Notes: a model not told the origin generated them from the letters alone. Numbered from the whole stretch's first letter, positions 38,911 to 52,175 are shown. The stretch: 61,147 nucleotides of DNA, filler included, from Sphacelaria rigidula (GCA_964200075.2; 5 parts of 5 records of this genome joined end to end with filler, not necessarily neighbours in it); one strand, 5' to 3'. Numbers and translations: made by a program.

Positions 38911-39752
38911 GGGGTGTACTTATGATGTTGCAGGCTGTAGTTATAAGACCACTGACGTCACGTCCCTACAAAGCACACGGGGCCATTTGGCTACCTCCAA
39001 AATTCCTCCGGGTGGGTAAACTTTTCGAGCATCCAGGGGAATTGAACGCCTCCGGAGGGGTGCGCGACCTTCCAGAGGAAATTGTTTTGTCTCCTCCAGA
39101 GGGATTAAACACCTCCGGAGGCTTGTTTTTGCCTCTGGAGGGCCGCCCATACCCCCAAATTCCTCCGGAGGGGTGCGCGGCCCTCCAGGTCAGTAGTGTT
39201 TGGTTTCCTCCAGAAGTATTGAAGGCCTCCGGATGCTTGTTTTACCTCTGGAGGGCCGCGCATCCCTCCGGAGGCATTTTGGGGGGTAGCCAAATGGCCG
39301 CGTGTGAGCCGGGACGGAGCACGCCGGCTTTTCGCCGGACCAAGCTCGCAATCACCAAGCGCGAAGCGCCGTGATGTGCTCGGTGAGCCGCATGGAGGGT
39401 GAGCTGCACCCTGCCAAGACTATTCGGCGCCAATCGTACTGGTTATCGTGCATATGGATGATAGCCTCCAATGCGTTGCATCCTTTTCTGGTACTGTCAC
39501 TTCCGGGACAGCCACTGGTTACACGCTGCCTCACGGCTGTCTCACAATATAAGAATCACGTAGAATTGTAAGATCGCTCCCATTACGCAGAGTTCAGGTT
39601 CTCCACTCCGCACAGTATGATCTAGCTCTACCACCATCATGGTTGCTTCAAAACAAGCGCAAGCGACGAAAAACCCGGTCAGCTGGTTGCCTAGCACACG
39701 CAATGAGTGGCGTGTTTTACAGCGTCGTTATCAACCGACGCCAATCCTCAAA
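38911..39752 (-). mobile_element. SINE-like family S copy 4, interrupted by a MITE at ~38975-39306
   Basis: Tail ggggtgtacttatgatg...ccctacaaag resumes as agccgggacggagcacgcc after the insertion. Confidence 0.85.
38975..39306. mobile_element. MITE with long TIRs (cacacggggccatttggctacc.../...ggtagccaaatggccgcgtgtg) and internal cctccggagg subrepeats
   Basis: Terminal inverted match; cleanly splits a SINE; apparent short TSD (AG). Confidence 0.75.
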
Positions 39753-39785
39753 GGGGGTAGGAGGGACCCGATATAGGAGGGGGGA

Positions 39786-39846
39786 TGTACTCATTCGTTG
39801 CTTGCCTTCGTCGTGTGACCATTGACCACGCATCCCTTTCGAGACG
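39786..39846 (-). mobile_element. Very short LINE-A tail insertion with TSD-like atatagg(a/g)ggggg flanks
   Basis: gtactcattcgttgcttgccttcgtcgtgtgaccattgaccacgcatcccttt; flanks at 39771 and 39851. Confidence 0.8.
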
Positions 39847-41744
39847 TAGCATATAGGGGGGGGGAGGGGTAGTGGAGGGGGCTATGGCGGAGCAAAAGCA
39901 AAGCCGCTGTGGACGGTACCACCTGCCTACGCCGCACAAGACTCAACATACAGGTCGTCAGCAACATATACAAGGTGACCCAGAAATGTCTGTGTCGTTA
40001 GACAATTTTGCAGCTTGCTTGGCAATCCCACTCTGCCCGCCATTATCAAGACTACGACTTCAAGTTGAAGGCCGAAGCTGAAAAAAACGGGAAGACCCAA
40101 TTTTGACGTTTGAGGTTCCGATTATGCTTGGGAGTCTCAGATGAAGAATCAAGTCAAGAATTGGATGTTAAAGTCAATCGTCTACACTCTTGTAGAACAC
40201 TGATCCTTCAACTGAAGAGGTGATCTTCCAACTGAGATAGTGAACCATCAGCACAGATTCGACTTTAAGGTTCGATATTTGGGTTATAAGTTCCAACTTA
40301 GAACTTCACGGCGAGGCTCAGACTACAAAGATTAATCCTCAGCTTAAGGTCGAACGTCTGAGTTGAAGCCACCATTACTCTAGCATGTTCATCCGTAGAC
40401 ACAGCATTGACGCTGAAGCTTCAAAATTAAGGTGAATATCTTACTTTTCACCTGGACCTTCACCCAAACGTTGCAACTCGAAGTTAGACCTTCAACAGTC
40501 AAGGAATTACCTTCCACTGTCGAGTTGAAATTCTACACTGTTTTCGGGATAATGGCCGCTACTCCAGTTCTGCTGCGGTCGTTTTAGTCGGTAAGATAAT
40601 GCTGTTGGCTTTGATCTCACAAATATGTGTATCAAAACCTTGTCGAAGCAGAACAACTGCAACATATGAACGCCTGGCCCGTACAACACTGCAGGCTGAC
40701 TTGTGAGTTTCATTGCTTCGGCCGGTCCTTGAAGGGCATCGGATTGTGACTACTTGTATCGCCTTGTCCTTGGCATATGAGGTGACGTGTGTGTGATGCG
40801 TATGCCGTCTGCGGCTTCAGATGTACAGACAACCTTCAGACGTGGTACCGCCCACCACTTTGTTGCTGCAGACCTGAGTCCGCGGTATGGCTCGCTCATG
40901 TGCTTCACGACTGAACACAGCAACGTACTCTCCCCGCCTGTACGACCGAGTGTATCCCCCGATGGCTAGAGACCTTCTACTACTGACACATAAGAGCAGG
41001 AGGAGGGGGGGGCGAGGGAGGGCTCACGTACAAGTCAGAGCGGACGAATTCCAGATGTGAGCAGCGCGTGTGCTGGAAAGAGATAATGCGAATAGTACCC
41101 CCTCGTACCAGTATACTTACGCCCAAAAGTACCAACAGAAGTATTCCAGCCTTGCCTGTGTGCACCAAATACTACAGCCCGACGCAAACGCCGGCCAAGG
41201 CAGGTGGAGGCTATACCCAGGAGTGCCCGACCACAACCCGAACCCCTCCAAGCAGTGTGTGTGGCTTAGCCGGACATACGCACGAAATACTCACTTAAAC
41301 GTGATCCCAGACGTTCAGGGCTAACGCACCACGTGCACACACACACACATGGAAAAAGCACACATGCCTACGTATCACCCGCGACGTTCGTTAATACATT
41401 GCTGCGACCCTTCAGAAAGTTGGCTGTCAGGGGTTTCGTCAGAACATCACCACACTACTATCCCGATTCTACGTGTAGGACCTTGATATCTTTCGCGCTG
41501 ACCAGATCCCGGATTTCAGACAACCTCCCATGAATGTGCTCACTTCGGCCAGAACTAATGCGTTATTCAGCCATAGCTGCAACCCCTGGTTGTCCTCGTA
41601 CAGTGCGATGTCGTACACATCTCCGCCCTCCGACACAACTCTCGGTCGCAAGGGTGACGACACACCGCCCTTACGAACATTCCGTGCTTGGCCTTCTTGA
41701 CCATTTCGACGTATTCCCAGAAATTTGTGCATCCCTACCGTGAT

Positions 41745-42105
41745 CCGGTCGCCCCGGTGGGTCGGTTGATAACCTCGAAACCCTCTGATTGTTGGATCGT
41801 GGGCCCGAATCTGAGTGCAGTCACGCGATCCGGCATTTTTCCTCACACCATGCCGAACCGTTGAGAGCGACTGCGTCGTGGGTACTCAAAATCCGAGTTC
41901 ACGGTCGACGAGGAAAACGCTGAACCTCTCTTGCGATGAAAAAGGCTAGCACCGCAGACAGAAGGTGGAGAACTAAAAACGATGAAAAAGCAAAACTCTT
42001 CGTTGGCCTTCTTCCTGTGTCGCCCCGACTGATGCGCCCACATATACCGGACGGTGTAGACGAGCGTCCAGAATAGATGGGATGACAACACACACCGTGA
42101 CACAA
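41745..42105 (+). mobile_element. tRNA-derived SINE; other copies at 49781-50150 (-) and 49001-49070 (-, head only)
   Basis: Head ccggtcgccccggtgg.... The 49.0-kb copy retains A-box TGGCTCAGTTGG and B-box GGTTCAAACC. The ~300-bp body is shared between the 41.8-kb and 49.8-kb copies. Confidence 0.75.
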
Positions 42106-44000
42106 CTAGGAGAGAATCGAACCTTGAAACTAGAGTTTGTTTGGACGTCACGTTAACCACTGAGTCACTCAGACACTCAAGTTATCGGCGGCATTTCTTT
42201 GTGATGAACGAACCCACATTCACAGAGGGCAAAACGAACCCCACAGACTAGCGGAGTTGACTGCATAGGGATGACCGCCCTAGGACAAAAAGGGAGTTCG
42301 ATCTTCAGGCTTGACAGCTAGGACAGACACCGGAATGAAGTGCTGTGAAGACCTCACAATGATCACTGAGCCGCTGAGCCACTAAGCCAGTCAGCCAGAG
42401 ATCTCTAGGCTTGCCAGCTTGAATAGACAACGGGATTAACGTTGGTTGACACGTTACGAAAACCACTAAGCCCCTGAGTCGTTCAGTTAATGACCTTGCG
42501 AACAACGCGCCTTCCGGGCACGACGCGTACATACCTAGTCCGGACTGTTGTTCTGAAAGTACGAAGTCTTCAGGGCGTATCATCACCATCGACGGGTTGG
42601 AGAAATGTTTTCGTGGTACTATGTGTCGATGTTTCCTCCGTGCCTCAAAATACAAAAACCTCTCCAGTGCACTACTTAGCCTCTGATGCCGTGGTGGAGA
42701 GGGCAAAGTCTCGGACGTCTCCTAGCAATGATATCGTCGACGGATCTTCGGGGAGATCAAACTTCGACGCCCCTCCGACTTCCGTCGCTTTCACCCCGGC
42801 CTCCGCCCCTCACGCCGAAGTTTCTACTGCTGAGGCTACTTCCGCTATCCTGTTTCAGCGGAAATAACGAAAAGATGCCGCGATCTCGAATTTGGTATAT
42901 GCTTCTACACTACGTGATGCTGGCGTAGTGGCGTTGGGTAGGAAACGTAGTAGGTTGTGGGTCCGATTGGATTTGGCTCGGGGGTACGGATGCCGCTAAC
43001 GAGAACTCGGTCGGTACTGAACAGCATAGTATGAGCACGACGAGAGCATGGCAAAGAGCATCCAGAACAACGTCGATTGCAAATGATCATATTACTTTGT
43101 GATGCTCAACACATCGCCCGAAAGTTCGGTCATCCAACCAGAGAGCGTCGCCGATTTACCCCCGTGATAGAGGGACGTAGGCGGTTCAGTACGAAAGCAC
43201 TCCAACAACCCCTACCCTGGCGTGCTCATCCCAAACACGCCGGGATAAGACTGTGCGGGTTTAGTGAAACATGCGCATTGAAATAAAGGGCATACCTCTG
43301 GAGGTCCCCCCTCGGCTTTTTGGCATCATTCTTGTGCTGCCCACGAACAAGAACCCCGGAGATGCCGTCCTGGGTAGGCACGGTAAGGGCTGTGCGAGGG
43401 CGGAAAGGGGTGCAAGTAAGGGTCTCACGACTGGACAACGCGCCGAGTCGGGACCCTTGTATCATCTCGCAACCTTCTTCTGGGATACGGATGCCCGATA
43501 TGGATGTCCACATCGAATATCCGTATCCCAGATAGATATCCATCTCAGATATGGACGTCCATCTGGGATATCCGTATCCCAGACGAGATCGCACGATGAT
43601 GGAAGACCGCGGCCGATCTACCGTATCGGTATCAGATATCTATTTGGCAGGAAATTACTGCCGCATGCTCAATGACACACGGAGTGTTCCAAGTAGGGCT
43701 TTGCAAAGGTCATTTCGGGAGGAAGAAACGGCAATTATCATTTTTTTATTATTCTGAGCGAAAGTCTTGTCAGAGAAAAGGCTGATTCCGCGTTATAATG
43801 TATGTCAAAAATGCCATCTTGTCCTTGTGATCACAAGCTTTCCTAATGTAATGGTGGTAATTCAAGCACATCGAGCTCCGAAAGAGTAGCGTGTATACCC
43901 TTTGGGGATCGCTCGGCAGGCACATGTCACGGAAAAACGACGGCTTCATCATACCCATATGGCGCAAATACACATTTTGGGAGAGTTAAAAAGTAGCAAA

Positions 44001-45220
44001 ATCACAAGTGTAGTTTGTACACTAGACCTGCAGAAATTATATCTCATTACTTTGCATTACTCCCACATAGAGAAGCAGTTCATGTTGATGCTGAACGATT
44101 TTTCTCCAGGTCGTATCACAACACAAGGGTCACATCATGGTCGCTCACCACAGACACCACACCATTGAAGACGTCATCCATGACCTCTTGCTCCCTCCCT
44201 TTTTCTTCATTCTTCGCCACGCCATCATCATTTCCGCTGGAAGCAGCCACAGGAGGACGAGTGGCGAGTGGCAAACCAGCACCGTTAGTGCCCGCCTGCA
44301 CGGCCCCACCTTTGTGGATTTTCGGACTCAAGTATCCTACCTCTGTTTCAATATTCGCTACATATCTCGTTCGTGTCGTCTTCTCTTTCATCGATGAATC
44401 CCGCGGGGGTGTCCTCCTCTGCGACCGTCACCCTCGGCGCTCGTGAAACGTGCGCTTGGTCGTGATTCCCTTGGCATGACGACCGTCCAGACAAGGTTCT
44501 GGCTTTCCTTGAAGAGGGCGAGCTTTTGGTGAGAGTTTCTGTGACTGTACCTCTAGCGCTGTCTCCACCAAATCTCGGCTCATCTGCTTGTTGTTGGTTG
44601 AGTGTTGTCTCGATCACCTCAATGCATGTCAACAGGGGCATCGAGGTTTGATGGAGGCAGCGCTTGAGGTACAGCAAGAGGGATTCACGAGGGTTTGCCT
44701 GGTTAAACGCAAGGCACGAATCGTGTTGAAATCGTCGTTACGCCGAGATAATTACGACCGAGTGTATTATTCACGACCAGTGAGGGCGACGGTCGAAGAG
44801 GAGGATACCTCTGCGAGACACATCGACAAGGGAGAAGAAGACATGGGCAAGATCCACAGCGAGCGTGGAACGGAGGAGAGATACTTGGCGTCGAAAATCC
44901 ATCAAGATGCCGCCGAGCCGGCGGCTACAGTGGGCACCATCGAGGATGGTACGCCGCTCGCTACTAATCCCCCTGTGGCTGCTGCCGGAGGAAGGGGCGG
45001 TGGCGTGGCGAAGAATGAAGAAAGGGACAGGGAGTAAGAAGCCATGCATGGCGCCTTCAATGGTGTAGTGTTTGTGGTGAGCGACCATGTTGGAACTCTT
45101 GCCTTGTGGTATGACAGAGAAACATTGTTGAGCACCAGCATGAACTGCACCAATATGCGAGAGAAATAAAAAGTAGTGAAATAATAGTTCGGCAGATCTG
45201 GCACAAACTACGCTTGTGAG
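44001..45220. repeat. Inverted repeat, ~450-bp diverged arms (44001-44447 / 44770-45220), ~320-bp spacer
   Basis: catggtcgctcaccaca.acac.acaccattgaag and ttcttcattcttcgccacgcca are mirrored on the opposite strand. Confidence 0.85.
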
Positions 45221-47386
45221 TGTGCTGCGTTATAACGTTCCGAGAAAAGTCCTGGTGAAGAGATTGGCCGTCACCCCCCAGTGATCCGACTGATATATCC
45301 GAAACGCTGTTATGATGGGTGAAGGTCTTTGATCCCCCCAACGAATAAAATACCTCGTGCCTTTTCGATTGCATGTGCGATGTTTCCGTTGTCCAACACG
45401 TGCGAAAGCGAGTACGAATGGAGCCAGCCCTGGAACCGAATCTGAGCATTGTATAATAGTCGATTGAAGTGCTCGTTTTCGAGGACTGTTCTTTAAAACA
45501 TGGTATGGAGAATCGCAAAGGCAAGCAAAACAATAGTTACAGCCAGGCATTGATATTCGCCCCGCTCCCGCCTACGTTAATAAGATAAAAACAAGATCCA
45601 TGTTTAACATAAACGTGCACAAGCCATGAAGCAAAAACAGAAATATCAATGTCTTGCCGTTACTCTGTTCATCATGCCCTTGGAATTCTCCATACTGAAT
45701 TCCAAAGTGCAACTCTCGAAACCTAGCCCCTAAATCCGCATTTAGTACATTTGGTGAAATATATTAAACTCAGTATGAAATGTTGACATCGTCATATCCT
45801 TCGATAGATAACTATGCAGGAAGAGGTGAGGGCATCGATCGTTTCCACGTGTGATCCGTGTAAGACAGTTTTCCATTCTGCCACACACCACATACTACCT
45901 ACAACTTTCTCGGGGTAGGGGTGGTTTTTCCGAATTTCAAAAACAGCGTTAAAAGCCCTGTCCCCGGAGAGAGACATCTGTGGAAAGCTTTTTGTTTTCC
46001 TTGTTCCATGTTAGGAAGACACGCAGTAGCGGCGGATGTTTCGCAACATACTGGCGATGACTTTGCAGATGTTGTTATTCTGGGTTTTTAGTGTTCATTC
46101 TTTCCTTCCTCTTTCCGGTCGCCAGCAACAGGCGACAACCATCTCTGTGCGGCGCCGTATTTGTTCCTGGTGCTGCTTTGAGCCGGACTCCTGACTTCAC
46201 ACGCCTCATAAGCAGATAACATTAGACGGCTTCGAGACTACTCCTTGAGACATCACACACCAAACACCGCTAGGAGCTAGCCCCCTTGGATGAGACCAAA
46301 ACAGTGGCTGTGGTGATTTGTCGCTCGAGGAATGAGAGTTTGATTCTTTAATTTTGAGGAGAGGGGCGAATCAACGATTTGGAGGCCTCATTTCTCTGAT
46401 GTTGGTTGGCTGATTCACTGATTAATTGGTTGGTCAATTGATTGTCGCACACGAATGGATCCCCCCACTGGTCCAGCCATGGTCACATGATGGACGATAG
46501 ACGTACCCGACGACATGAAACAAAACAAAAACACTCGCTGAAGGATAGTGAGAAAAAACAAAGGAGGAAGGTGGAAGAGACACAAAGAGTAGGCTGAAGC
46601 AATTAAATAAACAAAACAAATCCACTCAATGATATTAAAAAAAAAAACTGAAAAAAGGACCGGTCTCTGTAACATGGCTTTGAGTGGAAAAGGTGTTGCG
46701 CAACAGCATACGCATTCGTATCCAACCGAGAAAAAGTAACAAAACGACGTGGGGACAGATTGCGGCTCATCGATTTTGGCCATACTATTTTGGGTATGAT
46801 TCGTCACACATGAACCCTACGGGAGCGAGACACCAAATTTTAACTTGCACTCACCGAGAGCACAGAACACATGCATGAGCAGAGCGGGAAAGATAGATGG
46901 GGAGATAAAGGCATAACAGAGAAGGAGGCTACAGAAGTGACGAAGCCCAAGGACGTACACGGTACAGTAGAGCAGGTACAAGCACACAAACCAGGGAATG
47001 CCGGACAAGGACAAAAAATGATGTGTGTTTCCTTTTTTTGCTTCCTGGCAATGAGACCCATTTGACTGATGATTGTTTGCCGACGATATGACCCATTGTC
47101 CTTTCTTGAAAAGGAAAAATCTAATCGTATGACAACAGAGACCGCCAGATGGTTGATTCGCTTTTCTCCTGAGAAAATCAGATCATACTCGAACCTCTTG
47201 AAGCCTGAGTGACCAATCCTACACATGCATGCTCGGAAACCCCGTATGCCAATATACTACTTTCGATGCTCATGCCGGTATTTCCTTACTCTTTTAGCTA
47301 CGTGCCCCAGGGATGACTTCCGTGATTTTGTTTGTACGTCAGAAAAAGACTTGATCTACTCGTGAATAATTGCGTGTACATATGAC

Positions 47387-47922
47387 CTCATTTCCCGTGC
47401 CTTCGTTTTCATGTTGTGATGCGGCATCCAGGTTCTCATCATGTCCATCTACGGGTACGTCCCCCAGCTCACGCTTCTTGCCCACAAGTGTAGATGATAG
47501 CTTTTCTGGTGATGACAGAGCTTCGCTTGCTTGGGTAGACCCAATGTCTTTTTTCAGTGCAGCACCTGCTCGCAATGCCACACGTAAGCTTTGCCCGTAA
47601 CCCGACGGCAGGGACCTCGGATGAGAGCTTGTGGAAGAACTTGATTTCGCTTTGGTCACCCCATTTGTGGCAACCTTTATATCCCTCACCGCGATGTCTT
47701 TGCTGGGCTTCATGAGCTTGTCGTTGTCTTGACTGCCACCGTTAGACTCCGATAATACGCTACGCCCATGCGGAGGGGGAGACGTTGTGGTAGAGACAAA
47801 TAGTGCAGACGATACCGCCGCGCTAGGAAGTGCTCGCCCCCCATGCGGTCTACCACCAGCATCATATTTTCTGTTTGAGATATCGAGTTTGTCTTTGATC
47901 GTCAACACGGTCTGCCGCAAAG
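47387..47922 (-). CDS. Putative internal exon of an unidentified gene (Ser-rich, low complexity)
   Basis: 193-aa open frame beginning right after acceptor ctcactgcccag; possible donor GAG|gtcata. Confidence 0.5.
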
Positions 47923-48836
47923 CTGGGCAGTGAGGCGCACGGCTGTCACTTGTGAGCTTCTGTTGTCACACCTACGTCCGAGCTGTTATAGATCTCTCTG
48001 CCGTACTGGATAAAATAGTCTTGGGCGAAATGGTGCCGGTGCTCCGGTCTCTGTCGCTGGAGCTCTTCAGTGAACGATAAACCCAGACTGGGCGGTCACG
48101 TGAGATGGGGCAAATAGTTTGTATTCATCGTGTTCGTATTTGGTCGAAAAGAAACCCCCATCATCATCGACACTGCGTTTCTGGAGATATCCAAAATGTT
48201 CGGAGCTGGTATGGTACCTGATGACTCTCAAATGGTTGCTAGCGCCACGGCGTACACGCAGGGCAGCTGTCCAAAGTGCTGTGTCGCACTCCGAGTGAAG
48301 CTTCGGAGAAAAACGAAGCCGCTTCGCTTTTGGAGGAGTCTGAACGCAGCGTTCGACAAGTGCATAACTTTATGACATCACAGAAAACTCAGTGTCGATA
48401 ATAATGGACCTCACATAACTCAAGTCGAACCAAGCACATGCGGGGTAGCTGGTGTGAGAAAGGCGTATTTGTCATCCAGCAGGCGAGCACTTCACGAGAC
48501 AAGCATGAAAACCAAACTGTGCGAAGAAAACGTGTAACCATTAGAGCTCCGAAAATGTATCAGTTATAACTGGCCATTATCATTATAACGGTTGCAATGA
48601 AAATGGTTATCTGAAGATTTTGGATAATGGTTTCGAACCATTATTTATCGTTACCGGCTACGTATGCGACATACAGTACACAGCTACAATAGGCAATGCG
48701 CAACATGCGACGGTAGTCCTCTTCTTTATAATAAGAATTTCAAATGGGCTACTCTTTGAAGAATCGAAATTCAACGCCAAGTACGCCGTGGTTTTGCTCT
48801 TGAGAATTGGCCTGAATCTCGTGTATTTTCCACCTA

Positions 48837-48900
<64 letters not shown>
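48837..48900. repeat. (TTA)n microsatellite; others are (TACA)n ~53851-53888, (GTT)n ~56924-56978, poly-G ~12305-12347 and poly-C ~56400-56459
   Basis: Seen directly. Confidence 0.95.
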
Positions 48901-51900
48901 NNNNNNNNNNNNNNNNNNNNNNNNNNNNNNNNNNNNNNNNNNNNTTAATTAATTAANNNNNNNNNNNNNNNNNNNNNNNNNNNNNNNNNNNNNNNNNNNN
49001 GAGGTTTGAACCCACGACCCAGCCGTCAGAAGGTTTCGAAGTTACCAACTGAGCCACCGGGGCGACCGGCTTGAGTCATTCAATTAATCAGTCAATGAAT
49101 TAATCAGTCAAACAATTAGTCAATTAGTCAATGAGTCGAATCAATCAACCAATCAACGTTCTTCCATGGTCTTGTTTTTTTTGTCCATTTTTTTTTTTTT
49201 TCGGTTTGTGGTTTCGTTTATGAAGAGCTACCTTGGAGAAGTCTATCTTTATGTCCACACCACTACGAAATTTTTAGCGGATTGACGGGTGTCCAACAAT
49301 CACTCCAACCAATCTCAATAGTCAAGTCACCCCTCATGAGTGAACTGCGCTAAAGAAAAATGGTTGCCATGTGGACGCCAATAAAAACACATGAATCTTC
49401 GCAAAGGATGAATGACTTTGCGTACAGTAGCACTTGCCATCGCAGGTCACGGAGCAATTATCACAGAGGTGCACCACCCACCTCGATTTTCTCTTTAAAA
49501 CGCAAGGTCCCGCACTACCGTAGAATCTCTTATTTTTCTCGGAAGATCACGTCTTTTTCGGGAAGACCACGATGAGATGATTTCAACGACACCATTTTTG
49601 AGCGGCGTGGTCGCCGCTGTTTGTAAGACAACTGAGGCCAGGTTTGAAATCACCCCGAGTGATGTGCTCCGCGTACCGTCTACGGTATTATGGCCGTGAA
49701 ATATAGCGTTGAGAGGACGGAAAGAAGGACGCGTCGTTCCGTACCCTCTTCGTAGATAAGTGAGGTGTGCGTATGTGAGTGTGTGTTTTCACCTCATCTA
49801 TTCTGGACGCCAGTCTTCACTTTTCGGTATATGTGAATGCGCCAGCCGGGGTCACACGGGGGGAAGGTCAACACAAGAGGTCATTATCATAACTGATTTC
49901 TTTGTTTTTGCAGTCAACCTTCCTTTTGTAGTGCCTAGTTTATTTCTTTATCGCCGATAGAGCAGATCGGTCCCTGTCGTTCGTCAACCGTGAAGTCGAA
50001 TTTTGTGTACCCACGACATTGTCGCACTCCACTGTTGGGCATGCTGTGGGGAAAAAAAAAGAATCGTGTGATTTCACCGAGATTCAAACCCGCGTCCATA
50101 CCATCAAAACTTTGCGAGGTTACCAACTGAACCGCCGGGGACGACTATGAGCTGGGCCGGCCGATATACATTTTTTTCAGACGGCCGGTGACGCGGGGCT
50201 GAATTTGAGGATTTAGGCGCTGCAAATTTTGACGTGACATTTTCATCATGAAGACGCGAAAAATGGTGCGGGATGCGAAGAGAAAGAAAACAAAAAACTT
50301 GAAGATATTCGAAAAATGAGCAGAAAACTAAAAAATGTGGTAGCTCCATGAAAAAAATGAAAAAACGGCCCTATCCCGCAACACGGACCCTTTACTTGTG
50401 CACAGAAGACCATGGTAATATTTCAGCTAGAGACTCGTACAATTGGGCCGCGCGTGGAACGTTTTGTGTAACACCGCTGCACCCCGGTGGTCCAGCTGCT
50501 GGAGGAGCCTCCAATTGCACAGGTCACGAGTTCAAATCCCCACAAGACCATTTCCCCCCCATAATCTAGCGGGTATATGTTCTTTCCAACCGTGGGAAAG
50601 GATGATCACCATCAGGGATTGGATCGAGGAAAAGCTTTGCAGCCCAGTCTGAGTTCGATACTTGTGCCTGTGTTCTCGTTATAGGTGACGGTCGGCTCGC
50701 ATGTCCTCTTCCATGATGTAACTGCTGACGACCTTGATGCCATCTCGCAAGCATTCCCTATGCAAACTTGACTGTACGTGTCAAAATTGCCATACGTAAT
50801 TTTCCGCCACGTTTTATATATATAAAAAAAAACTCGGAACACGCTGTCACGCCACAATATGAGACGTATTCGGTACACAATGCAGTACGATAACATGATC
50901 GCCACAACTGCGTCAATCGAGCAGCGGTGGAGCCGTGCGTTACGAGGTAAGTCCGCAGTTCACTGCGATATTCTTTAATCGGGCTGATTCGGGAAACTGA
51001 AGAAGCTGTGGTATGCCCACGAGTTCTACCTTTTACGGACGGCCCAGCTCGTATCATAGTATCAACGAGGTACCGTAATTAAAGAGTCAGGACGATTACG
51101 GCACCTGTTTTCATAAGCGTGGACATTGCCAAACGTCGTCAGCCGTTTACTCCGGCATCGAAAGCTGCTTGTTTTCCCCAGAGCACAGCAAATACTGCAC
51201 TGTACATATGCAGCGAAAAGTTGTACCTTCAGGTATGACTACGGCGAATGTTCGAAAAAGTTACAGTTTGGGCCATAGTACGATGTTTGGTCTCTGCATT
51301 CACATAACGTACCTACCCTATGCGACACAGTAAATGACCCATTCGCGTAAATGAATGTTCGAGGCCCGAGAAACATGTTATCAAGAGTTTTTTTCTTCTA
51401 GGAGGGTGGTATACAGCGCACCCGTGATACCGTTCTGTAGGTATCGACACAGTGCCAAGAACGACCGAAAAGTCGCCACCGGAAGATATGATTTACAGGG
51501 GGTGGGTATATAGCATACGGGTTACCGAACATGCGTATGTACACGCGATATGACATACGATACCCTATCTAGCATGTGAAGTGTATTAGCACGAATGCCC
51601 TCCCTCCCTGTGGAATGAAGAGTAAAACAATAAGACCAGGGTATGTGACCCCATGCAACACCCGTAGCTGGTACCTTGTCCGGAACCGAGCACTCATCAC
51701 CAGGGGGGTGTGATTTTCTTCGGGTATGGCATGCGACGTACCCTGGTACAGTATTTTGGGTACCCGATATGGGGTCGAGAACAACCGAAACGTCATTACC
51801 CAATGATGCTACTCACGTGGGTGGGGTGGTGGTGGTGAGGTATTGAACAGCCCATGGGTGTCTCACTGTCTCGCATATAGTAGGTGAGTGAAGTCTGTGT

Positions 51901-52064
51901 TGAACCAGGTTCTTGTGAGTCCATATGGAGGTTCGAAACTGTGATCAGTTTTTCCGGGAGAATTCGACGGCAGCTACGAGTGCAGGAGGACACCGTGTTT
52001 CGCCGTTATCGTAGCACGGCCCTGCTGAAAGCATCAAAGCCCATCACTATAATAAATCCCCCCC

Positions 52065-52175
52065 GAACCTGGTCCGGCGAAAACCCGGCGTGCTCCGCCC
52101 CGGCTTCGTAGGGATGCGAGGTCAATGGTCTTATGACTACGGCATGCAGAATCATGAGTACACCCCGCCCCCCCC
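52065..52175 (+). mobile_element. SINE family S 3' fragment (another at 61076-61147, minus strand)
   Basis: cctggtccggcgaaaacccggcgtgctcc...gggatgcgaggtcaatggtcttatgactacggcatgcagaatcatgagtacacccc. Confidence 0.85.

Noticed and set aside
48620-48952. Poly-Leu ORF; likewise poly-Pro/Gly ORFs at 12199 and 56170-56514
   Set aside because: They are translations of microsatellites and homopolymers.
49001-49070. Functional tRNA gene
   Set aside because: The cloverleaf is incomplete, and other copies continue into a shared non-tRNA body, so it is a SINE head.
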